From: a bacterium
GTDB lineage: Bacteria > Zhuqueibacterota > Zhuqueibacteria > Oceanimicrobiales > Oceanimicrobiaceae
DNA length: 49,265 bases
Reading direction: 5' to 3'
Assembly: GCA_046757165.1 (NCBI GenBank)
Contig: JBHHXT010000015.1
Span: 1-49,265 of the forward strand
This document shows positions 28,653 through 38,465 of this stretch, in pieces; within the stretch, counting starts at the first letter, position 1, and each line of letters starts with the position of its first letter. The notes beneath the pieces were generated by a model, which saw only the letters and a program-made list of their open reading frames with translations, searched no databases and was not told where the DNA came from. The position numbers were made by a program, and so were the translations under genes.

Positions 28653-30041
28653 ATGATGAAGCTCGAGCTCAAAAAATTTCTAAGCATCCCCGCATGCAAA
28701 TTCGAGTTTACCGGGCACCGGCCCCATCTGAAAACACAGATGGCCGGCGTCTCGATTGACAGCAGAACATTGCACCCCGGAGAACTCTATATCGCCCTGA
28801 AAGGTGAGAATCACGACGGCCACGATTTCGTGACTGCCGCTCTTGAAAAGCAGGCGAGCGCGGCCGTGGTCGAACGGAGCTTCTGGCAGGACAACAAAGC
28901 ACACCTGACCGGGTGCCCGCTCTTTGTGGTGGAAAACACCTTGACCGCCCTGCAAAAATTGGCCAACTTCACCCGCAAACAGTACAAGATTCCGGTGCTC
29001 GCCTTGACCGGCACGAATGGCAAAACCACGACCAAAGAGATGATCGCCGCCGTACTTTCGCAAGCCGGCAACGTGTGCAAAACACAAGGAAATCTCAACA
29101 ATCATATCGGGGTTCCCCTCACGTTGTTGACTCTGGACAAGGGTCATGATTTCCTGGTCGTGGAGATGGGGACAAACCATTTTGGTGAAATCGCCCGGCT
29201 TTGCGAGATTGCTGAGCCAGAATACGGATTGATTACCAATGTCGGCCACGGCCACACAGAATTCTTGCGGGATTTGCAGGGCGTGGCGCAAGCCAAACTG
29301 GAGCTGTTCGACTACCTTCGCTCTAAAGGCTGGCTGTTCGTCAACCTCGACGACCCCGTGCTTGCGCAGAAAGCTCCCCAGGTCAGGCGAAGCACTCGCT
29401 ATGGATTCACACCGGACTCGGACGTTGTGGCCGAGGAATTGGACCTGGACGAGGCCGGCCGGCCGGCCATGCGCATCGAAGGGATGACGATGAGATTGAA
29501 TCTTGTCGGCATGCACAATCTCACCAACGCGTTGGCCGCCGTCGCCGTGGGGAAAAAATTCGGGATTGCTCTGGAACAGATCAAACGTGCGCTCGAAACG
29601 GTTCACATCCCTTCCAAACGAATGGAAGTCACCCGGCAAAACGATATCACGATTCTCAATGATTGCTACAACGCGAATCCGGAATCGACTCTGGCGGCGC
29701 TCCGGACGCTGGCGGCATTCCCAGCCGCTGGCAAGAAACTGCTCGCGCTCGGCGACATGCTCGAGCTCGGTGAGCACGCAGAAGAAAAACACGCCCAGAT
29801 CGGCAAGTCCGTACGGGAGTACCGCGTCAACGCACTGTTCGCCTACGGCCCACTCTCCCGCCACGCGGTCGACGCTTGCCAAAAGCACAGCCCCAAAATG
29901 GCCGCCCACCATTTCAACAGCAAGCAAGAGCTGATCACGGCGCTCAGACATGACCTCGCCCCGGGCGATTTGCTGCTGGTGAAGGGGTCGCGCGGCATGA
30001 AAATGGAAGAAGTCATAGAAGCTCTCAAAAGGGAAGGCTGA
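28653..30041 (+). CDS. murF: UDP-MurNAc-tripeptide--D-Ala-D-Ala ligase
   Basis: IDSR, TGTNGKTTTKE, NNHIGVP, NDCYNANP, GDMLELG and VKGSRG motifs. Confidence 0.95.
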   Translation: MMKLELKKFLSIPACKFEFTGHRPHLKTQMAGVSIDSRTLHPGELYIALKGENHDGHDFVTAALEKQASAAVVERSFWQDNKAHLTGCPLFVVENTLTALQKLANFTRKQYKIPVLALTGTNGKTTTKEMIAAVLSQAGNVCKTQGNLNNHIGVPLTLLTLDKGHDFLVVEMGTNHFGEIARLCEIAEPEYGLITNVGHGHTEFLRDLQGVAQAKLELFDYLRSKGWLFVNLDDPVLAQKAPQVRRSTRYGFTPDSDVVAEELDLDEAGRPAMRIEGMTMRLNLVGMHNLTNALAAVAVGKKFGIALEQIKRALETVHIPSKRMEVTRQNDITILNDCYNANPESTLAALRTLAAFPAAGKKLLALGDMLELGEHAEEKHAQIGKSVREYRVNALFAYGPLSRHAVDACQKHSPKMAAHHFNSKQELITALRHDLAPGDLLLVKGSRGMKMEEVIEALKREG

Positions 30042-30045
30042 AATC

Positions 30046-31131
30046 ATGTTCTACTATTTACTCTACCCGTTGCGAGATGTCATTTCGGGCTTCAACCTGT
30101 TTCGGTATATCACGTTCAGATCAGCCTGGGCGGCCATCACAGCGTTGGGCATCAGCCTGTTCGTGGGACCGTTCATTATTCGCAAGCTGCGTGAGTACCA
30201 GATCGGTGAGGAGATCCGCACCGACGGCCCCAAGACGCATTTGAAAAAAGCAGGAACGCCGACCATGGGCGGACTCATCGTCCTGGCCTCCGTGGTCATC
30301 CCGACGCTGCTGTGGGCCCGGATCGGCAACATCTATGTTTTGCTCATCCTGTTCGCCACGCTCTGGATGGGCATCGTCGGCTTCATTGACGACTACCGGA
30401 AGGCAGTCAAAAAGATGCCGAAAGGCTTGATCGGGCGCTACAAGCTGGCGGGTCAGTTGACGCTGGGCTTGATCATAGGCTGCATTCTATATTTTTCCGA
30501 GCAATTCGAGGGCATCAACACGTTGAGTACGCTGCCATTCTTCAAGGACTACGAGATCGATTTCGGGTACCTGTACATTCCCATGGTGGTGTTTGTCCTC
30601 ACGGCGACCTCCAATTCGGTCAACCTGACGGACGGGTTGGATGGGCTGGCGATTGGCCTGGTGGGCATTTCGGCGCTCACCTGGGCCGGCATTGCCTACG
30701 TTAGCGGTCGCGTCGACTTCAGCGATTACCTCAATATCATCTATCTGCCCGGAGCCGCAGAGCTAACGGTTTTCTGCACGGCGCTGGTCGGGGCCTCTCT
30801 GGGATTTCTGTGGTACAATTCGTACCCGGCCAAGGTGTTCATGGGGGATACGGGCTCGCTTGCCCTGGGCAGTGCGATAGGAACGTTGGCGATTTTGCTG
30901 AAGAAGGAGCTGCTTTTGCTCATCATCGGAGGCGTCTTTGTCGCCGAGACCCTGTCCGTGATCATACAGGTGACGTACTACAAGTACGCTCGCAAGCGCA
31001 TTTTCAGAATGGCGCCGATTCACCACCATTTCGAGCTGAAAGGCTGGGAGGAACCACGGGTCGTGGTGCGCTTCTGGATCGTGGCGATTCTGTTGGCTTT
31101 GTTGAGTTTGAGCACATTCAAGATTCGCTAA
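30046..31131 (+). CDS. mraY: Phospho-MurNAc-pentapeptide transferase
   Basis: KAGTPTMGG, NLTDGLDGL, FMGDTGS and APIHHHFE motifs. Confidence 0.97.
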   Translation: MFYYLLYPLRDVISGFNLFRYITFRSAWAAITALGISLFVGPFIIRKLREYQIGEEIRTDGPKTHLKKAGTPTMGGLIVLASVVIPTLLWARIGNIYVLLILFATLWMGIVGFIDDYRKAVKKMPKGLIGRYKLAGQLTLGLIIGCILYFSEQFEGINTLSTLPFFKDYEIDFGYLYIPMVVFVLTATSNSVNLTDGLDGLAIGLVGISALTWAGIAYVSGRVDFSDYLNIIYLPGAAELTVFCTALVGASLGFLWYNSYPAKVFMGDTGSLALGSAIGTLAILLKKELLLLIIGGVFVAETLSVIIQVTYYKYARKRIFRMAPIHHHFELKGWEEPRVVVRFWIVAILLALLSLSTFKIR

Positions 31132-31132
31132 A

Positions 31133-32287
31133 ATGGAAAGCAAAACTCCCAAGTTTGATTCACCTCTGGTTGTGACCGTCACGATCCTGTTGGTCCTGGG
31201 TGTGGTCATGGTTTACAGCGCCAGCTCCTTTAAAGCTCAGGAGACTTACGGCGACAGTCATTATTTCTTGAAGCACCATCTTTACCGCGTGGGAGTTGGC
31301 TTTGTGCTCATGCTGATCGTTGCCCAGATCAACTATCGCACGTGGCTGAATTTCTCCCCCGTCTTCCTGCTGCTGTGTTTGCTTGCACTGAGTTTCACGT
31401 TGGTCTCTGACAGTGTTCCGGTCATCCGGGGGAGCCGTCGTTGGATCACCATCGGATTTCTGACCTTTCAGCCTTCTGATTTCGCCAGGCTGGCGCTGAT
31501 CCTGTTCCTGAGCCTGTCACTGGGTGCGGCGAACTTTGTGACGCGCAAGTCGGTTCAAAGCTTTCTTTTTCATCTTGCAGTTGTCGGCTGTGTGGTCGTG
31601 CCAGTCATCGCCCAGCCGGACATTGGCAGCGCGCTCTTGATCGGGTTCATATCGCTGACCATCATCTTCATCGCCGGCGAGCGCTTGCGCCATCTTCTGT
31701 GGCTCGGTCTGACCACCGCGCCTTTCTTCTTGCTGTTCATCCTGCGGGACGGGTATCAAAAAATCAGAATCATGAAATTCATCCGGTCTTTCAAAGGCGA
31801 GAGCCTCGACTGGCAACCTCTACAGGCGTTCATCGCGCTCGGCAACGGCAGCGTCTGGGGGCTGGGTCTCGGCGGCAGCCGCCAAAAGTACCACTTTTTG
31901 CCCGATCCCTTTACAGACTTCATCTTCGCCATTGTCGGTGAGGAGATGGGGTTTGTCGGCACCCTGCTGGTGCTGATTCTCTTCATCGTCCTGATCTATA
32001 GCGGATTCAAAATCGCCATGCAGGCGCCGGATTTCCAGGGCAAGATTCTCGGACTTGGCATGATCACCAATATCGCGCTTTATGCCTGTGCAAGCATGGC
32101 CGTTGTGGTCAATTTTCTTCCAACAACTGGCATACCGCTGCCGTTTTTGAGCTACGGCGGGTCAGCCCTGGTCGTCAATCTTTTCGGCGTCGGTGTGTTG
32201 TTGAACATCGCGGAACAAAGTCGCCAGGAGCACCTGCTGCGCCCGGGCGGCTATCAACAGCGCAGGGTGGCGCGACACCATGGCTAG
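31133..32287 (+). CDS. ftsW: SEDS peptidoglycan polymerase
   Basis: MVYSAS, RRWI, FQPSD, TDFIF, GEEMG and PFLSYGGS motifs. Confidence 0.93.
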   Translation: MESKTPKFDSPLVVTVTILLVLGVVMVYSASSFKAQETYGDSHYFLKHHLYRVGVGFVLMLIVAQINYRTWLNFSPVFLLLCLLALSFTLVSDSVPVIRGSRRWITIGFLTFQPSDFARLALILFLSLSLGAANFVTRKSVQSFLFHLAVVGCVVVPVIAQPDIGSALLIGFISLTIIFIAGERLRHLLWLGLTTAPFFLLFILRDGYQKIRIMKFIRSFKGESLDWQPLQAFIALGNGSVWGLGLGGSRQKYHFLPDPFTDFIFAIVGEEMGFVGTLLVLILFIVLIYSGFKIAMQAPDFQGKILGLGMITNIALYACASMAVVVNFLPTTGIPLPFLSYGGSALVVNLFGVGVLLNIAEQSRQEHLLRPGGYQQRRVARHHG

Positions 32288-33473
32288 GCATGCAGTCGAA
32301 AACTCTGCGCGTGTCCCGGGCAGAAGGGACTCCTGGCCCAAAAAGGGCACGGAAGGGCAGCCTGAGCAGGCGTCCAATATCGAACCGCTCAGGGTCGTCT
32401 TTGCCGGAGGAGGCACCGGCGGACACCTCTATCCGGCTGTCGCTCTGGCGCAAGAATTTACAAGAAAACGCCCGGCCGAGATTCTGTTCATCGGCACGAG
32501 TTATGGAATTGAAAACAAGGTCATGCCCAAATTGCCGTACAAATTCAAAACAATCTGGATGCGTGGGCTGCATCGCCGTGAAATTCTGTCCAACCTGCTC
32601 TTTCCCGTGCGGTTGCTCGTGAGCTTATTGCAGTGTAGCGCCATCTTCCGGGCCTTTCGTCCGCAGGTGGTCATCGGCACGGGCGGCTATGTCAGCGGCC
32701 CCGCTCTGATGATGGCTGTGCTGCTCGGCATTCCCACCGTCATTCAGGAGCAGAACAGTTATCCCGGTCTGGTCAATCGGCTCCTGGGGAAGCGCGTCCG
32801 TCAGGTCCACGTGACTTTCGAAGACTCGAAACGCTACTTCCAGGGTCAACCCAATATCTTTGTCAGCGGCAATCCCGTGCGCGCAGATCTGACCGGCAGG
32901 GAGAGCAAGATGGCACGAAGCAAGTTTCATCTCAGTGACGGCAAAACGACTCTCTTTATCTTTGGCGGCAGCCAGGGTGCGCACGCGATCAACCAGACGG
33001 TGCTCGAGAGTCTTGCCAGACTTTTAGAAATAAAAGAGCTGCAAATCTTGTGGGCGACTGGCCCGGGCGATTGGGATGAGGTGTCAACGCGATGCCGGGA
33101 GCTCGGTGAACGCATCTCCTGCCATGCTTATCTGGATGACATGGCCTCGGCCTACGCGGCCGCCGATTTCGTGCTCTGTCGTTCAGGCGCCTCTGCCCTG
33201 GCAGAGATTGCCCTTTGCGGGCTGCCAGCCATTCTTGTGCCTCTGCCAACGGCTGCCGCCGGCCATCAGGAGTTCAACGCCAGATCGGTGGAAAAAGCAG
33301 GAGCCGGCGTCGTGATTTTGCAGCAGCATCTTACGGCAGAGGTGCTGGTTCGGACGGTCACAGATTTTGTGCGCCATGCCAAGAAACGCAGAGTTCTGTC
33401 GCAAGCGGCCAGCAAACTGGCCCGGCCGCAAGCGGCCAGGGAAATCATCGAGAGAATACTCTCGATCGTATAG
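32280..33473 (+). CDS. murG: Lipid II GlcNAc transferase
   Basis: GGGTGGH, GGYVS, EQN, GNPVR, GGSQGA and HQEFNA motifs; exact start uncertain. Confidence 0.95.
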   Translation: MARHAVENSARVPGRRDSWPKKGTEGQPEQASNIEPLRVVFAGGGTGGHLYPAVALAQEFTRKRPAEILFIGTSYGIENKVMPKLPYKFKTIWMRGLHRREILSNLLFPVRLLVSLLQCSAIFRAFRPQVVIGTGGYVSGPALMMAVLLGIPTVIQEQNSYPGLVNRLLGKRVRQVHVTFEDSKRYFQGQPNIFVSGNPVRADLTGRESKMARSKFHLSDGKTTLFIFGGSQGAHAINQTVLESLARLLEIKELQILWATGPGDWDEVSTRCRELGERISCHAYLDDMASAYAAADFVLCRSGASALAEIALCGLPAILVPLPTAAAGHQEFNARSVEKAGAGVVILQQHLTAEVLVRTVTDFVRHAKKRRVLSQAASKLARPQAAREIIERILSIV

Positions 33474-33506
33474 TCGAGTTGCGAATCCCAAAAGGGGAGG
33501 TCGGGT

Positions 33507-34319
33507 ATGATTGTCTACTCCAAATATAGCACGGTTCACAGGGGGAAGAGGCTTGAATTCGCCACCACCAGGCGCATGGCACTGGTGCTGCTCATCATCA
33601 CCACCACACTGCTACTGATGCTGAAAGTGGCTGGCTGGCTCAACGCGCAGGCGATGTTCACGCTCAAAGATATTCGCGTTGAGGGCAACCGTTTTGTCAA
33701 AGAAAGCGACATTGTGGCGCTCTTGCAGCTCGATGGCAGCCGCAGCCTTTTTGAATACGACCTCAAAGCGATGGCCTTGCAGGTCAAACAGCATCCTCTG
33801 GTCCAGAACGCCTGGGTCAGCCGGAGACTGCCGGACAATCTTGTTATCAAAGTGCTCGAGAAGGAGCCGCTGGCAATCCTGAACCAGGACACCCTGGCCA
33901 TACTTGACGACCGTGGGGAGCGTTTGCCGAACCTCGCGACATTTGATCCGATGGATTTTCCGATCATCTCAAATATCGAAACATCCGAGAGACACCGGGA
34001 AAACGGGCAACTGTATCAAATCCTGAATTTTCTCAGATTGACCAGGCGCTCGACATTTTCACTTTACTGCCAGATTTCTGAGATTTCCTACTCAGAGACG
34101 CTCGGGCTTTACTTCTATCTCATCGACCGCCCCGTCCCGGTGATCGTTGGCAAGGGCAATTTTGCTGAGAAGAGTCTAAATTTACTACAGGTTCTCAAGA
34201 TCATAAGAAAGGAGAACTCACTTTCACAAATCCAATACTTTGATCTGAGGTATCAAAACCAGGTCATCGTGAAAAAACTAAAGCGTTCGTTGTCTTTGCA
34301 GAATCCCATCCACTCCTAA
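33507..34319 (+). CDS. ftsQ: Cell division protein FtsQ/DivIB
   Basis: TM segment, POTRA region (IRVEGN...VSRRLPD) and C-terminal DLRY. Confidence 0.88.
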   Translation: MIVYSKYSTVHRGKRLEFATTRRMALVLLIITTTLLLMLKVAGWLNAQAMFTLKDIRVEGNRFVKESDIVALLQLDGSRSLFEYDLKAMALQVKQHPLVQNAWVSRRLPDNLVIKVLEKEPLAILNQDTLAILDDRGERLPNLATFDPMDFPIISNIETSERHRENGQLYQILNFLRLTRRSTFSLYCQISEISYSETLGLYFYLIDRPVPVIVGKGNFAEKSLNLLQVLKIIRKENSLSQIQYFDLRYQNQVIVKKLKRSLSLQNPIHS

Positions 34320-34335
34320 CAAAGGTAGAGACATC

Positions 34336-35574
34336 ATGGCACATTATGTTACGGGACTGGATATTGGCACCACCAAGATCGGCGCCATTATTGCCGAGGT
34401 AGACGGAGAGACTCCAACCATCGTCGGCGTAGGCACCAGTCCGTCCGAAGGATTGAGGAGGGGGGTTGTTATCAATCTCGAAAAAACCGTACGCTCCATT
34501 CAAGCGGCGATAGAAAACGCAGAGCGCATGGCTGGCGTGCAGGTCGAGGAAGTCTATGCTGGCATCGCCGGCGACCACATTCGAAGTATCAACGGACGGG
34601 GCGTCGTGGCGGTTGCCGGTCCGAACAATGAAATTACACACGCAGACATCCGGCGCGTTATCGACGCCGCCAAAGCCGTGGCACTGCCCATCGATCGGGA
34701 AATCCTGCACATTCTCCCGCAGGAGTTCATTGTTGATGAGCAAAACGGCATCAAAGACCCCATCGGCATGTCCGGGGTGCGGCTGGAAGCGGAGGTGCAT
34801 ATCGTGACCGGTGCGGTCACGTCGGCGCAAAATATCTACCGCAGCATCGGCCGGGCGAACATGCGCGTCCTGGATTTGGTCCTGGAGCCCCTGGCTTCGA
34901 GCTACGCCGTTTTGGGAGAGGATGAAAAGGAACTCGGGGTGATCGTGATGGATCTTGGCGGCGGGACAACCGATATCGCCATGTTTTATGAAGGGTGTAT
35001 CCGGCACACGGCAGTCGTTGGCTTAGGCGGCAAGAACGTCACCAACGATATCGCCCTCGGCTTGCGCACGCCGGTCGAGAATGCAGAGGCGATCAAAATC
35101 CAGCACGGCTGCTGTGTGCACCGGGAAAACGACCGTGAGGAGACCATCGAGGTGCCGGGGGTCGGCGGCCGGCCGCCCCGCCGCATCTCGAAGGCCTATC
35201 TGGTCGAAATCGTTCAGCCACGCATGGAAGAGATTCTGAGTCTCGCCTATCGTGAAATCAAAAAGTCCAACTATGTGCACCTGATGACCGCCGGGGTCGT
35301 GCTGACCGGTGGCGGCTCCCTGCTCAAAGGCACGGTCGAGCTGGCAGAAGAGATCTTCGAGGTGCCGGTAAAACTGGGCATGCCAAACGGCTTCACCGGG
35401 ATGACAGACCTGGCCAGCAGCCCCATTCATGCGACAGGAGTCGGCCTGGTGCACTATGGCCTGGACCACAAATATGATCGTGACGGCCTGCTCGGAAACG
35501 GTGAACAGGGTCTGTTCAAATGGATCATGGAGCGGATGCGGCAATGGTTCGGGAGCTTACACCAACCGGCATGA
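34336..35574 (+). CDS. ftsA: Cell division protein FtsA
   Basis: GLDIGTTKI, DLGGGTTD, VLTGGG and C-terminal amphipathic helix. Confidence 0.97.
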   Translation: MAHYVTGLDIGTTKIGAIIAEVDGETPTIVGVGTSPSEGLRRGVVINLEKTVRSIQAAIENAERMAGVQVEEVYAGIAGDHIRSINGRGVVAVAGPNNEITHADIRRVIDAAKAVALPIDREILHILPQEFIVDEQNGIKDPIGMSGVRLEAEVHIVTGAVTSAQNIYRSIGRANMRVLDLVLEPLASSYAVLGEDEKELGVIVMDLGGGTTDIAMFYEGCIRHTAVVGLGGKNVTNDIALGLRTPVENAEAIKIQHGCCVHRENDREETIEVPGVGGRPPRRISKAYLVEIVQPRMEEILSLAYREIKKSNYVHLMTAGVVLTGGGSLLKGTVELAEEIFEVPVKLGMPNGFTGMTDLASSPIHATGVGLVHYGLDHKYDRDGLLGNGEQGLFKWIMERMRQWFGSLHQPA

Positions 35575-35630
35575 GAATCGGGTCGGCCGCATTGACAAAA
35601 GTTCGTTCACGCTAAACAAGGAGAGGTATC

Positions 35631-36803
35631 ATGAACCTGCGATTTGCATTCGACGAAACACACACGCCCACCGCCAAGATGAAAGTTGTTGGAGTTGGCG
35701 GCGCCGGCGGCAACGCGATCAACCGGATGATCGAAGGAAATCTCAACGGCGTTGAGTTTATCAGCGTCAACACGGACTTGCAAGCGCTCGAAAACTGCAA
35801 AGCCAATTCCCGTTTGCAAATTGGCCGCGCGCTCACCAAAGGCCTCGGCGCCGGCGCCAACCCGGAGGTTGGCAGAAAAGCGGTCGAAGAAGACCGGGAG
35901 ACCCTTTTTGAAACGCTGGAAGATTCGGACATGATTTTCGTAACCGCTGGCATGGGGGGCGGTACCGGCACGGGAGCGGCGCCGATTGTCGCGGAGATCG
36001 CAAAAGATCTGGGGGCCCTGACCGTCGGCATCGTCACCAAGCCATTCCTGTTCGAAGGCCCCAAAAGAATGCGACGCGCCATGGATGGGATTGCCGAGCT
36101 CAAGGAGCGCGTCGATACCCTGATTGTGATCCCAAACCAGAGACTGCTCTCGGTGGTGCCCAAAGACACGCCCCTGAATGCCGCCTTCAAGATCGCAGAC
36201 GAAGTCCTCCTCCAGGCAACCAAGGGCATTTCCGACCTCATCTCCGTTCCGGGCCTCATCAACCTCGACTTCGCAGACGTGCGCACGGTCATGTTGGAAA
36301 TGGGCGACGCCCTGATGGGCGCGGGTGTGGCCTGTGGCGAGCGCCGGGCCGTCGAGGCGGCCCAGCATGCCATCTCCTCTCCCCTGCTGGAAGATATTTC
36401 CATAGAAGGAGCACTCGGCGTTATCGTCAACGTCACCGGCAGCGACAGCATGACCTTACACGAAGTCAACGACGCCACGACTGTCATCACTGAAGCGGCG
36501 GGCACAGATGCCAACATCATCTTCGGAGCCGTAATCGATGAGGAGCTGGGCGACGAAATGCGGGTCACCGTCATCGCGACCGGGTTCAACCGCAACGGCC
36601 GGCTGAGCTCCCTCAACGGCCGGCCCAGGCGTCTTGAACTATCCGAGTTTCCGATCTCTGACCTCGAAATTCCAACTTACGTACGCATGGAGGAAAAAGC
36701 CAACGGCAACTCTCATCAGGAGACAGTACCAGAAGAAAGCTGCGAACAAGAGAAAAACGAGGATTATGATGTGCCCGCTTACCTGCGTCGCCGGATGGAT
36801 TAA
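35631..36803 (+). CDS. ftsZ: Cell division protein FtsZ
   Basis: [23 protein letters not shown] and C-terminal DVPAYLRR. Confidence 0.98.
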   Translation: MNLRFAFDETHTPTAKMKVVGVGGAGGNAINRMIEGNLNGVEFISVNTDLQALENCKANSRLQIGRALTKGLGAGANPEVGRKAVEEDRETLFETLEDSDMIFVTAGMGGGTGTGAAPIVAEIAKDLGALTVGIVTKPFLFEGPKRMRRAMDGIAELKERVDTLIVIPNQRLLSVVPKDTPLNAAFKIADEVLLQATKGISDLISVPGLINLDFADVRTVMLEMGDALMGAGVACGERRAVEAAQHAISSPLLEDISIEGALGVIVNVTGSDSMTLHEVNDATTVITEAAGTDANIIFGAVIDEELGDEMRVTVIATGFNRNGRLSSLNGRPRRLELSEFPISDLEIPTYVRMEEKANGNSHQETVPEESCEQEKNEDYDVPAYLRRRMD

Positions 36804-37015
36804 CGGTTCCATCTCAGACAGCGAGGACATTTGTCCCCTCGCTCGCCTTCAGTCACCGGGCACATGCGTTGACAAAACCTCCACAGGATTGTCAACAACC
36901 AAATCCCGGCACCGGAAACAACCGGGTATTAGTTAGTTTCCGGGATCGCAGGTCATTCGCTCATCCACTCAAATAAAATCGCCACGCCGTTCCACACACC
37001 CTGTAACGTCGTAAC

Positions 37016-37209
37016 GTAGGGGCAGGCCTTGTGCCTGCCCTTTGCCGCGCGGCGTAGGGTCTGTCCACCGCCCCGCCGCCTTTTCTTTGACGCTCAGCAC
37101 CAGGCGGATCAACGCCTGTTGTCCCTCGGCGCATCTCGCTTGCCCTGTTGCGGCTGTCACCAAAAACACAAGAGTGCGAAGCGGCTTCGCAACATGAATG
37201 TTGCGCTAC
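37016..37209. repeat. REP-like GTAG hairpins between convergent ftsZ and rpmB
   Basis: GTAGGGGCAGGCCTTGTGCCTGCCC (37016-37040, +) and GTAGCGCAACATTCATGTTGCG (37188-37209, -). Confidence 0.6.
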
Positions 37210-37273
37210 AAACGAAAAAAGCATCGCAGTCCGCGATGCTCTCTCTAAATTCAACCGGTGTACCCTTACCCAC

Positions 37274-37465
37274 TCACACAACCTTCACGACCTTCCCACT
37301 GCGAATGCAACGGGTACAGACCTTGACCTTCCGAATCTGGCCATTGATGTTCGCACGAATCTTTTTTAGATTCGGCAGCCAGCGTCGCTTGCTGAGGTTG
37401 TGGGCGTGGCTGACGTTGTTGCCAACCATCGGCCCTTTGCCACAGATTTCACATCGTTTTGCCAT
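37274..37465 (-). CDS. rpmB: 50S ribosomal protein L28
   Basis: [24 protein letters not shown] and CTRC. Confidence 0.96.
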   Translation of the reverse strand: MAKRCEICGKGPMVGNNVSHAHNLSKRRWLPNLKKIRANINGQIRKVKVCTRCIRSGKVVKVV

Positions 37466-37564
37466 GCAAGTTCTCCCTGTCGTCTCTTTCCCAGCGCGGC
37501 CAGGCCGCATCTGGCGATATTAGCCTAAAGCTCTTATTTCCATCGTCTTAGAAAAACAAAATAA

Positions 37565-37593
37565 ATTATACAAAAAATAATCCAAAAAAGCAA
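37565..37593 (-). promoter_or_regulatory. rpmB promoter
   Basis: TTGCTT-N17-TATAAT. Confidence 0.6.
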
Positions 37594-37652
37594 GAGATTT
37601 TGCCATCGAATCGAATGTCCCCATTTTGGGGGAAAAGTTAATTCAAGCCTGG

Positions 37653-37679
37653 TCCAACACGGTTTGCAACCGTGTTTTG
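37653..37679 (+). repeat. Dispersed palindromic repeat, copy 1
   Basis: TCCAACACGGTTTGCAACCGTGTTTTG; 25/27 identical to the reverse complement of 48654-48680. Confidence 0.7.
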
Positions 37680-37774
37680 GTTAGTTAGGTTCAAACCATA
37701 TCCGCTTGCTTTTGCTTCAGAAAACTTGTATCATGGGGGTGACAAGATAAGATTGAAATAAGGACCCATGATAA

Positions 37775-37993
37775 ATGCCCCGCAGCAGCATACAAACCAT
37801 CATCGGTCTTTACAAAAAAGATGTCGACCGAACGCTTATCCGAGAAAATCTCGAGTTAACGGTGGAAGAGCGCCTACTCAACTTGCACAACTTCGCAGAA
37901 TTCGCGCATGAGCTCCGAAAAGCAGGTGAGCGAATTGCTGAATTAGAAACCATTCTGGAAGAAAGAAAAAGCAGAACTCGCAGGAAATCATAG
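37775..37993 (+). CDS. Small hypothetical protein, possibly a fused remnant of a two-gene module
   Basis: YKKDVDRTLIRENLELTVEER motif; own TTGCTT-N17-TATCAT promoter (37706-37734) and AAGGA RBS. Confidence 0.6.
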   Translation: MPRSSIQTIIGLYKKDVDRTLIRENLELTVEERLLNLHNFAEFAHELRKAGERIAELETILEERKSRTRRKS

Positions 37994-38063
37994 GGGTGTT
38001 CCAGGAGAAGCGACCCACAAGGGGTCGGGGCTACATTTATTGTCACCCATAGGCTATCCCCGC

Positions 38064-38465
38064 TCACTCCTCTAACTTGGTTCCGATCACGAGCTTCTTC
38101 ACGCCGCTGCGCTTGGCTACATCCATCACCTTGACCACGATGCCGTGCGCCACATCCTGGTCGGCCTTCAAGACGAGGGCACCATCTTTCATTTCCGGTA
38201 GAACTTTTTCCAACTGCTCCTGCAGCTTTTCGATGTCCACCGCGTCGCGGTTCAAAAACATCTTACCCTCTTTGTCAACAAAGAGGGTGTAGTCCTTTTG
38301 CTCCACAACAACCGCACTCTGCGCGTGCGGTAGCTCCAACTTGATACCGGGCTGCTCGAGAAACGTCGAAGAAACCATGAAAAAAATGAGCAACAAAAAC
38401 AACACGTCGATCAGCGACGTGATGTTGATCATCACCTTTCTTTTTTGCTTAGCTTTGAACTGCAT
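38064..38465 (-). CDS. exbD: Biopolymer transport protein ExbD/TolR
   Basis: INITSLIDVLFLLLIFFMV and LKAD...HGIVVKVMD motifs. Confidence 0.92.
   Translation of the reverse strand: MQFKAKQKRKVMINITSLIDVLFLLLIFFMVSSTFLEQPGIKLELPHAQSAVVVEQKDYTLFVDKEGKMFLNRDAVDIEKLQEQLEKVLPEMKDGALVLKADQDVAHGIVVKVMDVAKRSGVKKLVIGTKLEE

Noticed and set aside
28680..30047. 455-aa antisense ORF over murF, and similar ones at 35612-36616, 42323-43429, 12847-13782 and 3748-4584
   Set aside because: Shadow ORFs opposite well-conserved genes in GC-rich coding DNA, with no recognisable motifs.
36961..37281. ORFs between ftsZ and rpmB
   Set aside because: They run through REP-like palindromes and have no protein-like features.
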